Positions 16,869-30,940 of a stretch of DNA of 64,000 bases are shown here, in pieces. Made by a program: the position numbers and the translations under genes. Under the pieces are notes generated by a model, which was given only the letters and a program-made list of their open reading frames with translations, was not told the origin of the DNA and searched no databases. How positions within the stretch are numbered: position 1 is the first letter of the stretch; every line of letters starts with the position of its first letter. This DNA comes from Adineta vaga (taxonomy: Eukaryota; Animalia; Rotifera). The stretch is taken from the NCBI GenBank assembly GCA_021613535.1, contig CP075493.1, positions 6,696,001-6,760,000 of the forward strand. The letters run 5' to 3'.

Positions 16869-19800
16869 ATGTCGACAGGTGAAGATTCTGAAGAGTCTAT
16901 CACATCAATAACTGATGATGAACAATCAACAGTAATCAATGCATATGAAAATGATGATAATGATGATGATGATGAACGTCGTCATTATTCTCAACAAAAT
17001 AATGATCAAGATTTTATACCATTCTCTGCTCGTGGTGCACCACCTGATGAATTACAAGCTACGCATGTCAATCATTATCATGATTTAGATCGTTTAACTA
17101 CTGTGCCAAAAGATGTTTCAATAACGCGTCCATCCCAAGCTTGGTTATCTCAATATGGTTTAGTAGGAAATGGTTTGACATTGAAAGATTTATTAAGTAA
17201 AGGTAAAGTTTCGTTGCCTACAACTGATAAATCTGGTCGAGCCATACAACATATAAGTTTCGATTCATTAACAATCAATGATTTTGAATGTCGTTTACAT
17301 ACAACAATTGAAACAATATCCAATCGTATTCGATGGTTATTACAAGATAGTCGAAAAGTATTTGGTGTCGTTCAAGGTGCACGCGTTCTTGTTATCTTAG
17401 ATTTCAGTTATGGTCAAGCTAGTTTTGGACGTGGTGAAGAATATCATAAACATTTATTATCATTGATTGATGAACAATTAGTTCATAAAGATCAAATAGG
17501 TTTCATTGCATACGGAACAGAAGTTGATGCTTTATGGAAAGGTGTTCGTGATGTAAATTCTCGTTCATTAGATGAAACACGGGCTTGGTTAGCAAGTTTA
17601 AAATCGACATTTGGTTGTACTGATGAAAACTGTACTCATACAGATGGTACAGGTTTAAATAGTACAACTAAATGTGTATTCAAAACTAGTGGTGGTAGTA
17701 ATTTATTAAAAGGTAAATTAAAAAGATCTACTCAATTAATATCATGAAGATGTTATCTATCATTTTAGCGATACATCGTACATCCTTAATGTCTGATTAT
17801 GATACACTACTATTAGTTGTTGGAAGTTTACCTGATCAAAATATTGATGTTATTGCTGATTATACTTCACAATTATTCTGTGGTGAAGATATTCCACGTA
17901 TACATGCAGTCTCCTATGATTGTAGTCATCATTTGGTGAATGCATTATTGAAGACAATGACTACGTCGGCTAGTGCATTTAATTCATTGGCATCAATACG
18001 TCAACGACGAGAATCAGCATCAACAGCACTTGTTCAACATAATCCTTTAAAGTTAGTACAAACAAATCTTTCTTTTTTTGAGAGAAATAAAGAATGATTT
18101 ATTTTTTTAGTGCATTACAAAATCTAACGAATGATATACCTGAAGTAATTAAACATACGTATCATTGTTATTCACGTGAACAGCCTCATCAAATATACAA
18201 CAGTACCGATATTCGACTTCTTGTACGAGAAATTCAACGTGCATATGATCTTCTATCACGTATCAATGAAATGCGACATGGTGCATTGGGTTCAGCAATT
18301 ATTTCTATTGAAAATGAACTTACTCTTGACATGGCACATTATCCTCAATCAAAATTCCTTCCACGTCCACCAAATCACGAACAACCTTTACGTTTTTCTC
18401 AACAGTTTATCGAACAATCGCCTATTATTTATGCTCGACAACCACGTGGTCTATCAGCAGCTACAACAAACGAACGAATATCATCCATTCGATCGCAAGG
18501 AAAAACAGCCAGTGTTCGTTTTAATGATAGTGTTAGTGTTGCTGCTCGATCAGCTACATCATCACATCAAACAGGCATTTCTTCCAATAGAAGTGTAAGT
18601 ATACTGAATCTATATTTCTGATTGTTCATAATGAATGAATGGAAACAGAATCAAACAATGAAAAGGATCTTAAAATTTCAGAGATTTCATATTCTAACTA
18701 TTGATTTCTAATCTTCAATAACTTTCTAGCGAGACACAAGTGCAAGCAGACAACAATCCGACGCATCATTAACAGTTCTATCTAGCAACAATCCTGCTGT
18801 TTATCGAACATCAGCTGATTGGCTTCGTCAACATGGATTATTTGCGAAAAAATTAACTCTTTTTCAAATACTTGGACATAATGCTTATGGTGCACGTGAA
18901 GATTATATTCCAATACTTCGTAAAACTGTAACATCTCAAATTTATGAACGTTCAATGGTTCAAGTTGATTGGCATGATGGTACAACAAAAAATGTTCACG
19001 TCGATCTCGCTGCTCTATATGATTATCAGAAGCGTTTGAAAAAAATTGTCGAATTATATGAACAACGAATGGAATGGTTATGTTCATCATCACGTAAAAT
19101 CTTTGGTAATCTTGTCGAAAACAATATAATAATACTTGTGGATTGTTCACAAGCAAATCGTGATTATATTATACATATTCAACATTCATTAAGATTATTA
19201 CTTGAACAACAATTGTTTGGTAGACGATTTTTTAATATCATTGCATTTGGAACAACTCATAAAGATGGTTTAATGCGATTTAAACCAACAATGGTACAAC
19301 CAAATATTGAAAATCTTCAACATGCTTGGCAGTGGGTAAGATATTCAATAGATTTTTGTTCATTTCATACTTTTCCTCCTATCATTTTAGGTCTTACGTC
19401 TGAATTGTGGTGGTACACGTAATCTTCTCAATGCATTACGAGCAATTTATGAAAATGAAGAAGAACGTAAACATCATATCCATCCCGAAGGAATTTATTT
19501 ATTAACAAGTGGTATACCAGATCAATCTCTTGATGTATGTTGTTCATATGTGGAAGAATGTAATGTCGGTAGATCAATACATTTACATACAATTCTATTC
19601 AATATTGATGATTATTATATGTCTGAAAATGGTTTACAAAGTAGTTTATCGATGACAGGAAGTGGTCGATGGGCGAATGCAACGAAAACGGCTGAATTCA
19701 TGCGTGCGTTAGCAAAACATGCTGATGGACGATTTCTATGGTTTCGTGAAACGGGAACTATTGAAAGTGATGATATTAAATTACTGCAAAATGAAATTGA

Positions 19801-21591
19801 AAAGGCTTGTCAATTTTCTGAACAAGCAGCAAATCTTGTTGAAACAGTCAAATCAAAACGACGTGTTCGAGAAAATGCAAATACAAATCAAAAACCTTTA
19901 CCAATTGAACAACATACAGAAAAACATACAGGACCATTGGTTGTTCGTCAAACATTATTAAGTGCTGCTCGACAACAATTAAATGAGTCAAGCACGAATG
20001 GAGACGAACAACATTGGCGACCAACAAGTACAAATTCGACTAGAAATTTAATTCCTGAATGGCCGGAAGATAGACCACCTCGTCAAGAATCAGCACGTTC
20101 ACGACGAAAGAAGTAATTTAATATTTTTCTTTAACAACTACATAAGTTGATTTTGTTTTAGACAACAAGCAGCAGCATCGTCATTAAAACAAGAATCATT
20201 CTATATAGATGGTCAACATAATACGAAATTATCTGTATTGAGAAATGATTCATCTAATACATCAACAGGAAAGAAATCTGTTCGAAAATATTTACCTGGC
20301 AACGTATTACTTATTCCGACAAATGAAGAAAATGAACCATCACATGTAAGAAATCATTCCTTGAACAAGGTGATTGATAATTCGTAAATCATTTTGTTTA
20401 GTCTTGGTTAAGAAAACACTCTCTTGTTCGATTGAAACTTGATCTTCATAAGATGGTATCAGGCCCAGAATGTAAGTTAATTAATACATGTATAATACTC
20501 AAATACACTTTCATACTATTCTTCTTAGGTCGTCATGATACAATAACTGTTCCTAATTTAAAATCGACATCATCAGCTGTTACTGTTCAGTATTTCCATC
20601 AATTAATATCAAAGGTAGTATTCGTCATTTACAATTACGTCCACGAGAACTAGATGATTATCGTCAACGATGTGAAGGTGTTTTACGTCGTTATTATAAA
20701 CGTATGCAATGGTTATTAAATAGCAGTCGTCTAACATTTTCAACAATTACTCACAAATATATTCTCATTCTTGTCGATACAAGTGGTTCAATGGAACCCT
20801 ATCTGGAATTTTTGAAAAAACAATTAGCTACACTTGTTTGGGAACAATTATTTGCCAATCAAATTCAATTTAATTTCATTCAGTTTAATGATAACTATCA
20901 ATCATGGCGAGAAAATCTTGTTCTTCCAACGGAAGATAATTGTCATGAAGCAGTTGCTTGGATAAGTACATTGAAAGCACATGGAAATACATGTAGTGAA
21001 CGTGTTTTAAAATATGCATTTGATTTCCATCAAACAAAACAACCAATCGATGCAATTTATTATGTTAGTGATGGTAAACCTGATCATAGTACAACGTATC
21101 TATTGGAACAAGTTCGTTTAATGAATACAATTGAATTAAATACAACAGAAAATAAACATATTTCAATTAATACTATATCATTCTGTTGTCAAGATGGAGA
21201 TGCGAATCATTTTCTTAAAAGTTTAGCTCATGATAATAATGGACGTTATCATCGTTCAACAAATAATTCTCGTGAATTACATTTATTTATGCATCGTTTA
21301 CAGGAAGATAAAACATATGATTTAGAACTTGATGAAAGTTTATTACCTGAACTTGATAGTGATGATTTGAAATATTTATTGAAAGAAATTGTTAAAGCCA
21401 GACTTTATTTAAAACAAGCAATTACTTTTCGTTCACTTTATAATCAACAACAAGATACAGCAAGTCATCGACCAGGAACTGCACAACAACAGCAAGGACA
21501 AAGTCAAGATGATAGTGTTCTTGTTGGACCAGCTCGTGTACCTATGTCAGAAGCATGGTTTAATAAACGATCATCAAGTTTATACGCATAA
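16869..21591 (+). CDS. VWA3A: von Willebrand factor A domain-containing protein 3A-like
   Basis: Three VWA modules, each preceded by (L/W)...SR..F..; SADWLRQHGLFAKKLTLFQIL, VDWHDGTTKNVHVD, LVDTSGSM, YYVSDGKPD. Confidence 0.85.
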
Positions 21592-22077
21592 ACTAGGATT
21601 TGAAATATTCGTTTGTATAGTCAGATGATATTTTTTTTGCTATTCATGTTTTACATACGCGAATTAACGGGAAAACTCTTGCTTGAATTGGCTTTTTATT
21701 TGTATGAAGATTTTTGATGCGCTTTATAAATCAAAAAAAAACAAACAGTATTTTTAGGTTGTATTTTAAGCAAATGAATATCTTATGAATATTATTTATT
21801 GATTTTCGATCGAATATCGTATGTGAACTATCTTACAAATGACTTAGCGTAAAACTCTGTAGAAGAAAATTTTATGATAACTAGAGTCATCTATAAATTG
21901 TATAGCTCACTTCTCAATCTCGTATCGTTTGGTTCTTCTCATCATCCATTAATTGAATTGGATGGATGTCAAGCAAAACAAAAAAAAAAGTATAACAAAT
22001 TTATATTTCCTAGATAAATATGCATTCTTATAAAAATCTGTTCCTAATCTGATCATTAAAAAGATCTGAATAGTCTC

Positions 22078-22689
22078 ATGTCGATCATACCTTATGTTGT
22101 CAATAGTTTTCTTAATGAACCATCTCATCATGCTACTTTAGCAACAATAAAAGGTTTACGACAAGGTATCGTCTATGGAGCTAAAGTACGTTTTGCTCAT
22201 TCACTTGTTCAAGCAATTTTATTTCGTCGTGAACCATGGCCACAACGAATTCGTTTTATAATTCGTATGACTTATTTACATGCCAAACATTTAGGTTTAT
22301 TTGTATTTTGTTATAAAACACTTCGAACAATAGTTGCATCTGTTTTTGGAATCTCAAAACCATGGCGAGCATTTATTTGTGCATTCATTGTTGGTTATGT
22401 TATTTTTAATGAACATAATAGTGTCAATGAACAAATTATACTTTATCTACTTGCAAGAATTACTGTTGGTTTTGCACGTTATGCACAAAAACGTTCTTGG
22501 TTACCACAAATTCGACAGCCCGTGTTTCCATGGTTTGCTGCTTTCGTTTGGGGTGTTGTACTTTGGTTGTATGAATGTCATCGAGAAACATTACAACCAT
22601 CATTAACACGTTCCATGGTTTATCTCTATGAAAATTCTGATCGATGGTCATCATGGAGAAATTTTCTTATACGCGATTCTCGACCGTAG
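22078..22689 (+). CDS. PXMP4: Peroxisomal membrane protein 4, single coding exon
   Basis: KGLRQGIVYGAKVRFAHSLV, TYLHAKHLGLFVFCYK, SVNEQIILYLLAR, VWGVVLWLYE..TLQPSLTRSMVYLY. Confidence 0.93.
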   Translation: MSIIPYVVNSFLNEPSHHATLATIKGLRQGIVYGAKVRFAHSLVQAILFRREPWPQRIRFIIRMTYLHAKHLGLFVFCYKTLRTIVASVFGISKPWRAFICAFIVGYVIFNEHNSVNEQIILYLLARITVGFARYAQKRSWLPQIRQPVFPWFAAFVWGVVLWLYECHRETLQPSLTRSMVYLYENSDRWSSWRNFLIRDSRP

Positions 22690-25616
22690 AATTTTGTTCT
22701 TATTTTATTTTTATTAATAAAAAAGAAAAACATGCATGATACCAAAAAACATCTCTCTTCTCATTGTTACATTTAGTTGATAAGAACAAAATGCTCAAAG
22801 TATAATTGAATATTCATCAAATATATTGATACCAGATGACTAATAATGACAGGAATAAGTCGAACAGGATGAAATTTCTCAAAGCATATGTCATTCTATG
22901 TATATGACATAGATCACTAGTATATCAATATATATGTCATGATTCGTCAAAGATGTTCCATTGAAATAAATGTCTTAAAAACATCTCTTATTCTGCGTAA
23001 CATTCATCGATATAAAGAGGAAAAAAAAAGAAAAATTTCTAAGAATAACACTATATTTGATACGATAGACAATTCTATATTAAGTTTTAATAAGATAGAT
23101 AGATGAGAATGCAATATGATTAAGAAAAACCTCCTATTTTCTGAAAGAAATCTATATATAATGTTCTTATTGACAAAGTATGTTCGATTTTCTACAGTGA
23201 TCCATGTGTTGTCCGTTCTCATTTAATGATTAATCTAATAAATACCATTATGAACGTCAACGAACTTTTCATTCCCCTTGTGAACATAATTCAATAGACG
23301 TCATTCTAAGTAGAATTCAGTCAATTAAGATTTCTCTTCATGGTCTTTTCTTTCATTAGGAGAAAGGCTCATTGTATTTTACTATTTGAGAAAAACTAAA
23401 ATGATCGTTTTCTTCGTGTCAAAAACGTTAGTATTCTGTTTATTTTGTGTATTTGATTGTCAAAACATCAGACTATATGTTATTTTTCATTAATAATTCA
23501 AAGAAAAAGTGCTAATATTTGTTTATTTTAGAAGAGTAATTGCAAACTAGTTTCTTATTGATTATTCGTCATATTTGTTCTTTCGTACTTTCTCTCTTTT
23601 CATCGTTTTTTATTTGCTACGATACACACATAGAATTCTTTCTTTTTTTTTCTTCTTGTTTTCGAGATGTTCTGAAAGGGAGACACAGAGAAAGTATTGA
23701 CTAAAAATATAGATAAAAAGAAAGTCTAAGTGCTGCTTTTTTTGTCAGTATATTAACTATAGAACAAAAATATCTTCCTCGACGTCAAAGTAATAGAATG
23801 TCTAGAAGTGCACCACTTGATTTCCGTTTATCTGATCTTTATTAACAGTTAATCAAAAGTTCATTAGTTTCTAGTTTAATTTAAAGTTGATTAAACTTTA
23901 TAAAGAAGAAGGAAAAAAATGAATCATAAATTGAATTATCCAATTGGTTGCCTGCTTTCAAGTACATTGAAATGGTATGAATGTAGGTTATTTCCCTTTT
24001 TGTTTTTATCACCTTTTCATTTCGAGATATGCGTGACAAGCATTAATGAAGAATGGTTTGAGAGATGTCTTAATGCATGTTCCGTTGTTTTTACTTGGTG
24101 TCTATATTGTGAAACAAGATGAAACTATTAGAAGTAAAACGGATGTCAAACGCAAGCACTTAACACCGTAGGAAACCGGTAAAGAATAGAAAAATCACAT
24201 ACATTCTATTTACTCCTACTAGATATTTTCTATATTAAATTAGAAAAAAAACTGTCATCTTAACTTCATAAATTCATTGATGAAATTACGAGGTAGGAAA
24301 AAAAGGTATGTGAAGCATCTTTTAATAGATTCATATTATCAATCGTTTATCTTTTGATGCGAAGATAATGAATATACGAGGAGTAAGTCAGGTTTTTTAG
24401 TGTCTAGATCTGTTTCATATGAGTAATGAAGAGATTTCAATGACGATATACTATAATTATATGTTTACTTAATAATGAAAATAACTGGGTTACTCGACAT
24501 AATAAGCTCTATGATGAGATGACAAAGATGATTATGAAGAATTAGAAGAACTGATAGTAATGATCAAGATTAGTATTTTCTGAATCGATCAAGTTGGCCT
24601 CGAATTTCTTTCCCGTTAAATACTATCAGCTGAATGTTCGTAGATTTTTAGTGTCCTAAAAAAACCATTCAATTTCTATCTCATCAGTCATTTTCTCATT
24701 CGATCCGGATTAAGATAGATAGAAAAAGCGACTTTGGTTTTTAAGAAGTAGGTTGCATTACTTGAGTTTCATAGAAAAACAGATGACATTCAAGAGAGTA
24801 TAGGATTAGCCTTAGTCTCAAGTTGAATTGACTATTAAACCGTATTCAATTCAACTATTAATTAATTCTTGATTTTGATTTTATTAAATTATCGAACATG
24901 ACAATATACCAATTAAATTTCATTTGTCTTTTTTCACAATCAAACTGATCAAGTTCAGTCATTCAACTCTTATTCTATGTGTGAATGATAATAAACAGCT
25001 GCAGGACACGAAAAGAAAAAAAAACATGAAATATCAATAACAAAAGTTTGTATCTCTCTCTCTCTCCTATTATAATCTCGAAAAAGAAAGATAGATGTAT
25101 TTTTGTGTACTTATATTTATTGAAACTAATCTTCTCATCAAATCTATAATAGTTTGTATACATTCATTCGACAGTTGATTAAACCAACAAATCTTCCTTT
25201 TAGACAAGATAATAAACAGATCTTAATCAAAAAGTACCTATCAGTTATTTCGAACAGAAGATAGTTCGTTATTAAAACGAATTGTTTGTACTTTTCTAAT
25301 TGATGTTTTTGAGTTAACATTTGTTGTGTAATTTGATCGTATCTTGTAATTAATGTCATGCTAATCTTACTATTACTATCTATGTAAAAAAAACTAGTTA
25401 ATCTAGAATAGTTCTTTTTTTTCCATAGCTTCTATCTTATACATATCCGGATTATGTCAGACATTGACAAAAGCCTTTTCTTCATCTTCTTTTTCTTTTC
25501 TCTTGTTTATTTTAGATGTTAAAAAAATGTTAGAAGAAGAATACTATCAAAGACTATTACGTTCATGAATACTATGATGATCTTTTTCCTATTTGATTCT
25601 TTCTTTCAAATATTCA

Positions 25617-27388
25617 ATGTCAATAGTTATCAATTCAACACCATTCGATTTGAACAATTCGTTTGAGTTTTCTCTCAAAGAAATCGAGTCAAATTTTAAT
25701 TTAATTCATCTGATTTTAAGTATTATTCTTAGTTGTTTTTGTATTATTACCGTCTTTGGTAATATACTTGTTATTTATGCAGTTGTTCAAGAACGATATT
25801 TGAAATCAGGTATGAAAAGATGAGAACAAAAAGCAGCGAAGCAACTTTTAAATACTCGAAAATACAGACAAGTTTTTATGTAGATTCTATTTCTGTTATC
25901 ATTCTAGCAACATACTATTATATGGCTTCATTAGCATGTGCTGATTTATTTGTTGGATTGATTGTCATGCCATTTGCTATTGTACAAGTTATTTACGGTG
26001 TTTATTGGCCATTTGGACAATTCTTTTGTGATCTTTGGCATTCATTTGATGTTTGTGCAAGTACAGCATCGATATTAGATTTATGTATCATTGCTTTGGA
26101 TCGATATTCTGCTATAAGAAATCCGATATCATATCATCGAGCTTTTTTTGTTAAACGATGGCCTTATCTACTTGTTGCTGTCTGGTTATGTTCAAGTAAA
26201 TTTTTCATCTACTACTATTGATTTCGTTCTAATGAAATATATTTTTTAGGCTTCATCTCATTTCCAGCTGTTGGCTATTGGCATATAGTTGTTGGTCAAT
26301 ACGAGAGGAATCGTTGTCTATTTCCTGATGATATATATTACATATTATTTTCATCATTCATATCATTTTATATTCCATTGTTTGTAATGATTTTTGTTTA
26401 CATACAAATCTATCGTGCTGCTATTAAACAATTACATGCATTTAAAACCGGTGTTAAAGTAACGACATCAATAAAACCGAAATTAAAGAGAAGGAAAAAA
26501 GAAATATACAAACAAGAAGATATAACAACGATCAATGTTCCACCGGATATTTGTTTACGTATTCATCGAGGAAAATATCATGGTCTACAAATCGAGGGTG
26601 ATTCATCAGTAACAGATAATTCCTTAACATATTGCTCAAGAATAGATAGTCCTCAAATAGGTTTGAATCGAAAACCAACTCCATCGAATAAATCTCGTCA
26701 ATCATTCGGTAAACGTCTATCAAAATTTTCGAAAGAACAAAAAGCAACAATTACACTTGCGTATGTGATGGGAATCTTTGTTATATGTTGGTTACCATTT
26801 TTTGTTTATAATCCTTTAACTGCAATCGCAAAACAATTTCTTCAATCGAAAAAATCTCTTACTACCATTCAACAATTTCTTGTCGGAAATGATCTTGTCT
26901 TTCAATTATTTACTTGGTTAGGATATATCAATTCAAGGTATGATTTTCCTAGATTGATCTTTATACTTGAAATCTTTTCTAGTGTTAATCCAATCATTTA
27001 TGCTTATTCGTCGCGTGAATTTCGTCGAGCATTTATTAAATATCTTTGTCGATGTTTTCCAACACGTATACGAAATTTTCTTATGTCATATGATAGTTTA
27101 CAATTAGTACGTTATTCACATACACGAGCATCATCTGCTATATCAGCAGAAAATCTCGAATCGACTTCGGATAATAAACAAACGAACATTCAATCGTCTC
27201 CATCGATTCCAACGACAATTTTAATTAATATTCAAAATAATAAACCATCGAAACTTTGTTCACTAACGAAATATTCTCATACAAATGGTATTGAAACAAA
27301 TTTAATGAATGGAAAAGCAAAAACAAATGTTCTTGTTGATTATTGTACATATCACGATGTTTCAATATCAAGAGTTACATGTCTTTAA
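25617..27388 (+). CDS. Invertebrate-type D1-like dopamine receptor (Dop1R2/DOP2 class GPCR), 4 exons
   Basis: GNILVIYAVVQERYL, SLACADLFVGLIVMPF, TM3 Asp in DLWHSFDVCASTASI, DRY, SSFISFYIPL, LRIHRG, SKFSKEQKATITL, CWLPFF, WLGYINSSVNPIIY. Confidence 0.85.
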
Positions 27389-27450
27389 TAATATAAATGC
27401 ATTTTATTTGAAATGAACAAAAGAAAAATAATCCAAAAAAAATCTTTTTA

Positions 27451-30400
27451 TTAAGTTAGATTTTGTTCATTTCGTTGAGCCCGTTTCTAAAGAATAAAGA
27501 GGAAAGAAAACATATGATTTCAATTAAGATATATAAAACAAGTTCTCTATTTCCCTAGATGGATCTGTCATAAGAATGTGAAAATGAAACAGATCCCATG
27601 AAATTCTATTTATAGACGGGACTGGTTTTTGTTTCTAAGGGCATTTCATTGACATTATGTTCGAACGGAAAAAGAAATAGAAGATGGATTTACTTGAAAG
27701 ATCAGTTCAAGTTCTGATTGTCGACATTGAGTTTGTAGGAAAGATTTTGTGAATATGCGAGAATTCGTGCGTTCTACTTCGGTTTTCGTATGATTTATTG
27801 ATTTGGATGTATTTTCGATTGTGGAATGTGCTTCAGTAGAACTTATCAGGAAGGATTGTAGATTGGGATCATCTATTTGAGGATTCGCTGAAGATCCTTT
27901 GGAACACGTATCTAGTCGTAGGTAAGAAGTGGATTCATTCAAGCGACGTCCAGATCGTCGACCCCTAGAACCTGCTTCTATTTCGAGATATTGTTTTGCT
28001 TTAGTAAATAATGGATTTGTTCGAAGCTAAATGAAGACAAAAATCCACAAGCTTATCAAAATATTATGTTACATGAGACATACTTCTTGTAGAATTAGTG
28101 TATCAGATAATTTACTGGATGTTGTGGATGTACCGGTACTACATCCTAATTCTAATCCATTCGATTCACGTATTAAAGTTGTAGTTGATATTCGTTGAGA
28201 ATTTAATGTATGATTCGTTTGTGGTGCAACCGTTCGAAAACCACCAATTGGTAATCTATTCGAAAGATAATAATCATTTTTTTGACAGTATATGTTTATG
28301 ACTATCTGAGGTTATCGTGCTTTTTCAATGGACTTCGAAAGAACATAATTTGATTTCATCACGCAAGGACATAGTTCAATGGAATATACAAATAATTTCT
28401 TACTGTAGAGTGAACTTACGGTGGAGGTGGTGGTGGTAGTGACGTTGTCGATATTTCTGAACATCGAGTAGATGTCATTTGTGTGATTTCTGTAAGTTGA
28501 GGTTCATCATAATGATTTGTTTGAGTATTATTCGTAATTTCATCTGGTGGATGATCATAACTTGGTTGAATCAGTTTATCTTCTATGATTGTATGTGTAC
28601 TTCTTCTCGAACATATTTCTTGTTGTTGTTTATGAAAACGTGTTGATAAATGTTCATTAAGTTGATTTATAATACCAACATTCATTTGTTTATTTGATAG
28701 AGTTAAATCAGCTGCTTTATCAACTGTAGATGACGATGATGTTGATGAACGAAAACCAATATGTGTATGAATTGGATGAATATGTGACGGATGATTATAA
28801 GTACTATTGAAACTTTTCGTCGTTGAAATATTAATGGAAGATGCGCGTCGTTTATAATCATTGTAGATTTTTGATGAAGTTCGATGTTCATATTCGTTTT
28901 CAATAACAATTGATGTAGATGCTGAAGATGATAAACCATCGGGTGCTTGTTCATCGTTGGTAGCAGTATGACAACCGCGTAGTGTTGTTGATTCAGTATC
29001 ACGTTCATTTAAATGAGACATCGAACCGTAAGTGGAATACGAACGAGAGACTGGTTGAGAAACTTTACGTAACGTTGTTTTTTGTAAGAGTTCTTTTGAG
29101 AGATGTAAATAACACGGCTTCGATGCAGCTGTAGAGATGGACGAAGATTTTTTTACAAACTGTTCTTGTTTTTTATGGGCTAGAAAGAGAAAAATAGTTT
29201 GAATACAGTTGAACAGACATCGTTGTATCAGGAAGAGTAAAATAAAGAATGAGTAGACACATATTATAACAGTAAAGCTATTGAGAGAGAAAAAGACTTT
29301 AGTTGTAGAATATTAGAGAAAATTGTAAATCAATGACGACAACAAAAATTATCCAATAAACTAATGTCTGTCAGATTCTTACTTGATTGTTTTTGTTCTT
29401 TGGTTTTAGTCTTTATTTCTACTTCATCTTTTAAAATAAGTTTATGATCGGCACTAATTTTGTCTGCAATTGTACGACAACGAAATGTAATATTCTTTTG
29501 TTCGAAAATTGTACTCGGTAAAGGTGGTGGAGTTGGTGGAATAGATGATTCTTCTTGTGTGCATGTTTCACTACTTGGAGTAATGGAATTTTCTGGAATA
29601 ACGAACGATGTTGATACACCAAGATCATACGCTATCGGTGGTGTAATTGGTGTTTCTTCATGATCAGGAGTTGATATTGGTTGTGAATCATCATAATCTG
29701 CGATGGGTTCTTCACCACTATCATTCATATGATCATTATGAATTCGATGAATAATAATCGTTTCATCTTCATAATCAGGTGTAGGTTCATCGACAGATCG
29801 ACTTGTTTCAATAGATTTTTCTTCATCATCAAAACATGGTTTTACTCGTGGAATCATATGATAATGATGATCTTTTTGGAGAGATTTGTTCCACCAAACA
29901 TCCGGTGGTGGTGTAGAAATATTGAACGAATACGAACGATTCATTTGAAGATAATTAGCTGATTGTTTCTTATCACCAAAAACAAAATTTCGATCGAGCG
30001 AGTGCATTAATTCTGTACTCATTGCTGCTTGCATTCGATGTGCTAGAAGATCAACTGCATTTGTGCTTGATAAACGTTTATTTTTACTACTATATCGACG
30101 TGTAACACCTGATCGTTCATACTTTTCTTTTCGTGGTAAAGATGATGCAATTCCATTCGATTTTTTAGTCGATGAATGAACATTGTCGATATCTTCGATA
30201 TGATTTAAATTTGTTGACGAATGTCGATGATGATAACGTTGTGATGGTAAAGGAGCAATGGATTCTTTTCTGGGAAGATTTATTTTACTTGTCGTTGGAC
30301 CAACAATATCACTATAACGTTTTGGTAAACGTCGACGATGTTGTTGTTGATAATGCGTATCACGTGGAGGTTTCTTAGATGCAGGTTCACAGTCATCTTC

Positions 30401-30940
30401 ATCGTTCCTATAAAAACAATGAAATTAATTTAAAATCATCTGTTTATAGTGATGATGAAAGCAGTGTGTTTTTTTTATCCTAGCTTATTAATTTTGATTA
30501 TCTTTCCTATGTTTAAAATTAATAAAGATATTATGCAAGAACATCTTACATACATGGTCAATATTGGGGCAAAATATGTAAACCGGATATGAATAGATTA
30601 TTTAACAGGAAGGAAATTCATATGTAATAACGAATACCAAGTATTTCATCTTTCTATCACCTACTAATTTCTCTTTCTAATCAGTTGATCAACTGAAGTG
30701 AATCGGACAAGATTTCTCACATCGTAGATTTCGAATACGTGCATATTACTTACATGCCAGTATCTTTTCTAGGAAAGAAAAAGTTGAGTTCAATGAAAAA
30801 TATTTGAGTATGCCTCACCTTTTCGCTAGAACACCAGATCCTCCACTATTTAAACGAAAATCATAACTCGTTCTATTCTTTTGTTGTTGAAAACATGTAT
30901 TTAAAGAATCAATGCTTATACAACGTGAGAAAAACCACAT
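27451..30940 (-). CDS. Uncharacterised low-complexity, proline-rich protein with WH2-like motif, ~7 exons including a 15-nt microexon
   Basis: Exons join in frame across GT-AG introns: MWFFSR..(30940), microexon 30754-30768, large exons ~30407-29383 and ~29179-28420 (PPPPP), small exons ending SELELIFQ|KRAQRNEQNLT TAA at 27451. Confidence 0.65.

Noticed and set aside
18176-20033. Alternative-frame and antisense ORFs overlapping VWA3A
   Set aside because: Shadows of real exons with no independent coding features.
22690-25600. Short ORFs in the long region upstream of the GPCR
   Set aside because: AT-rich chance ORFs with no homology or coding signal; likely 5'UTR introns and regulatory DNA. 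No TIRs or transposase seen.
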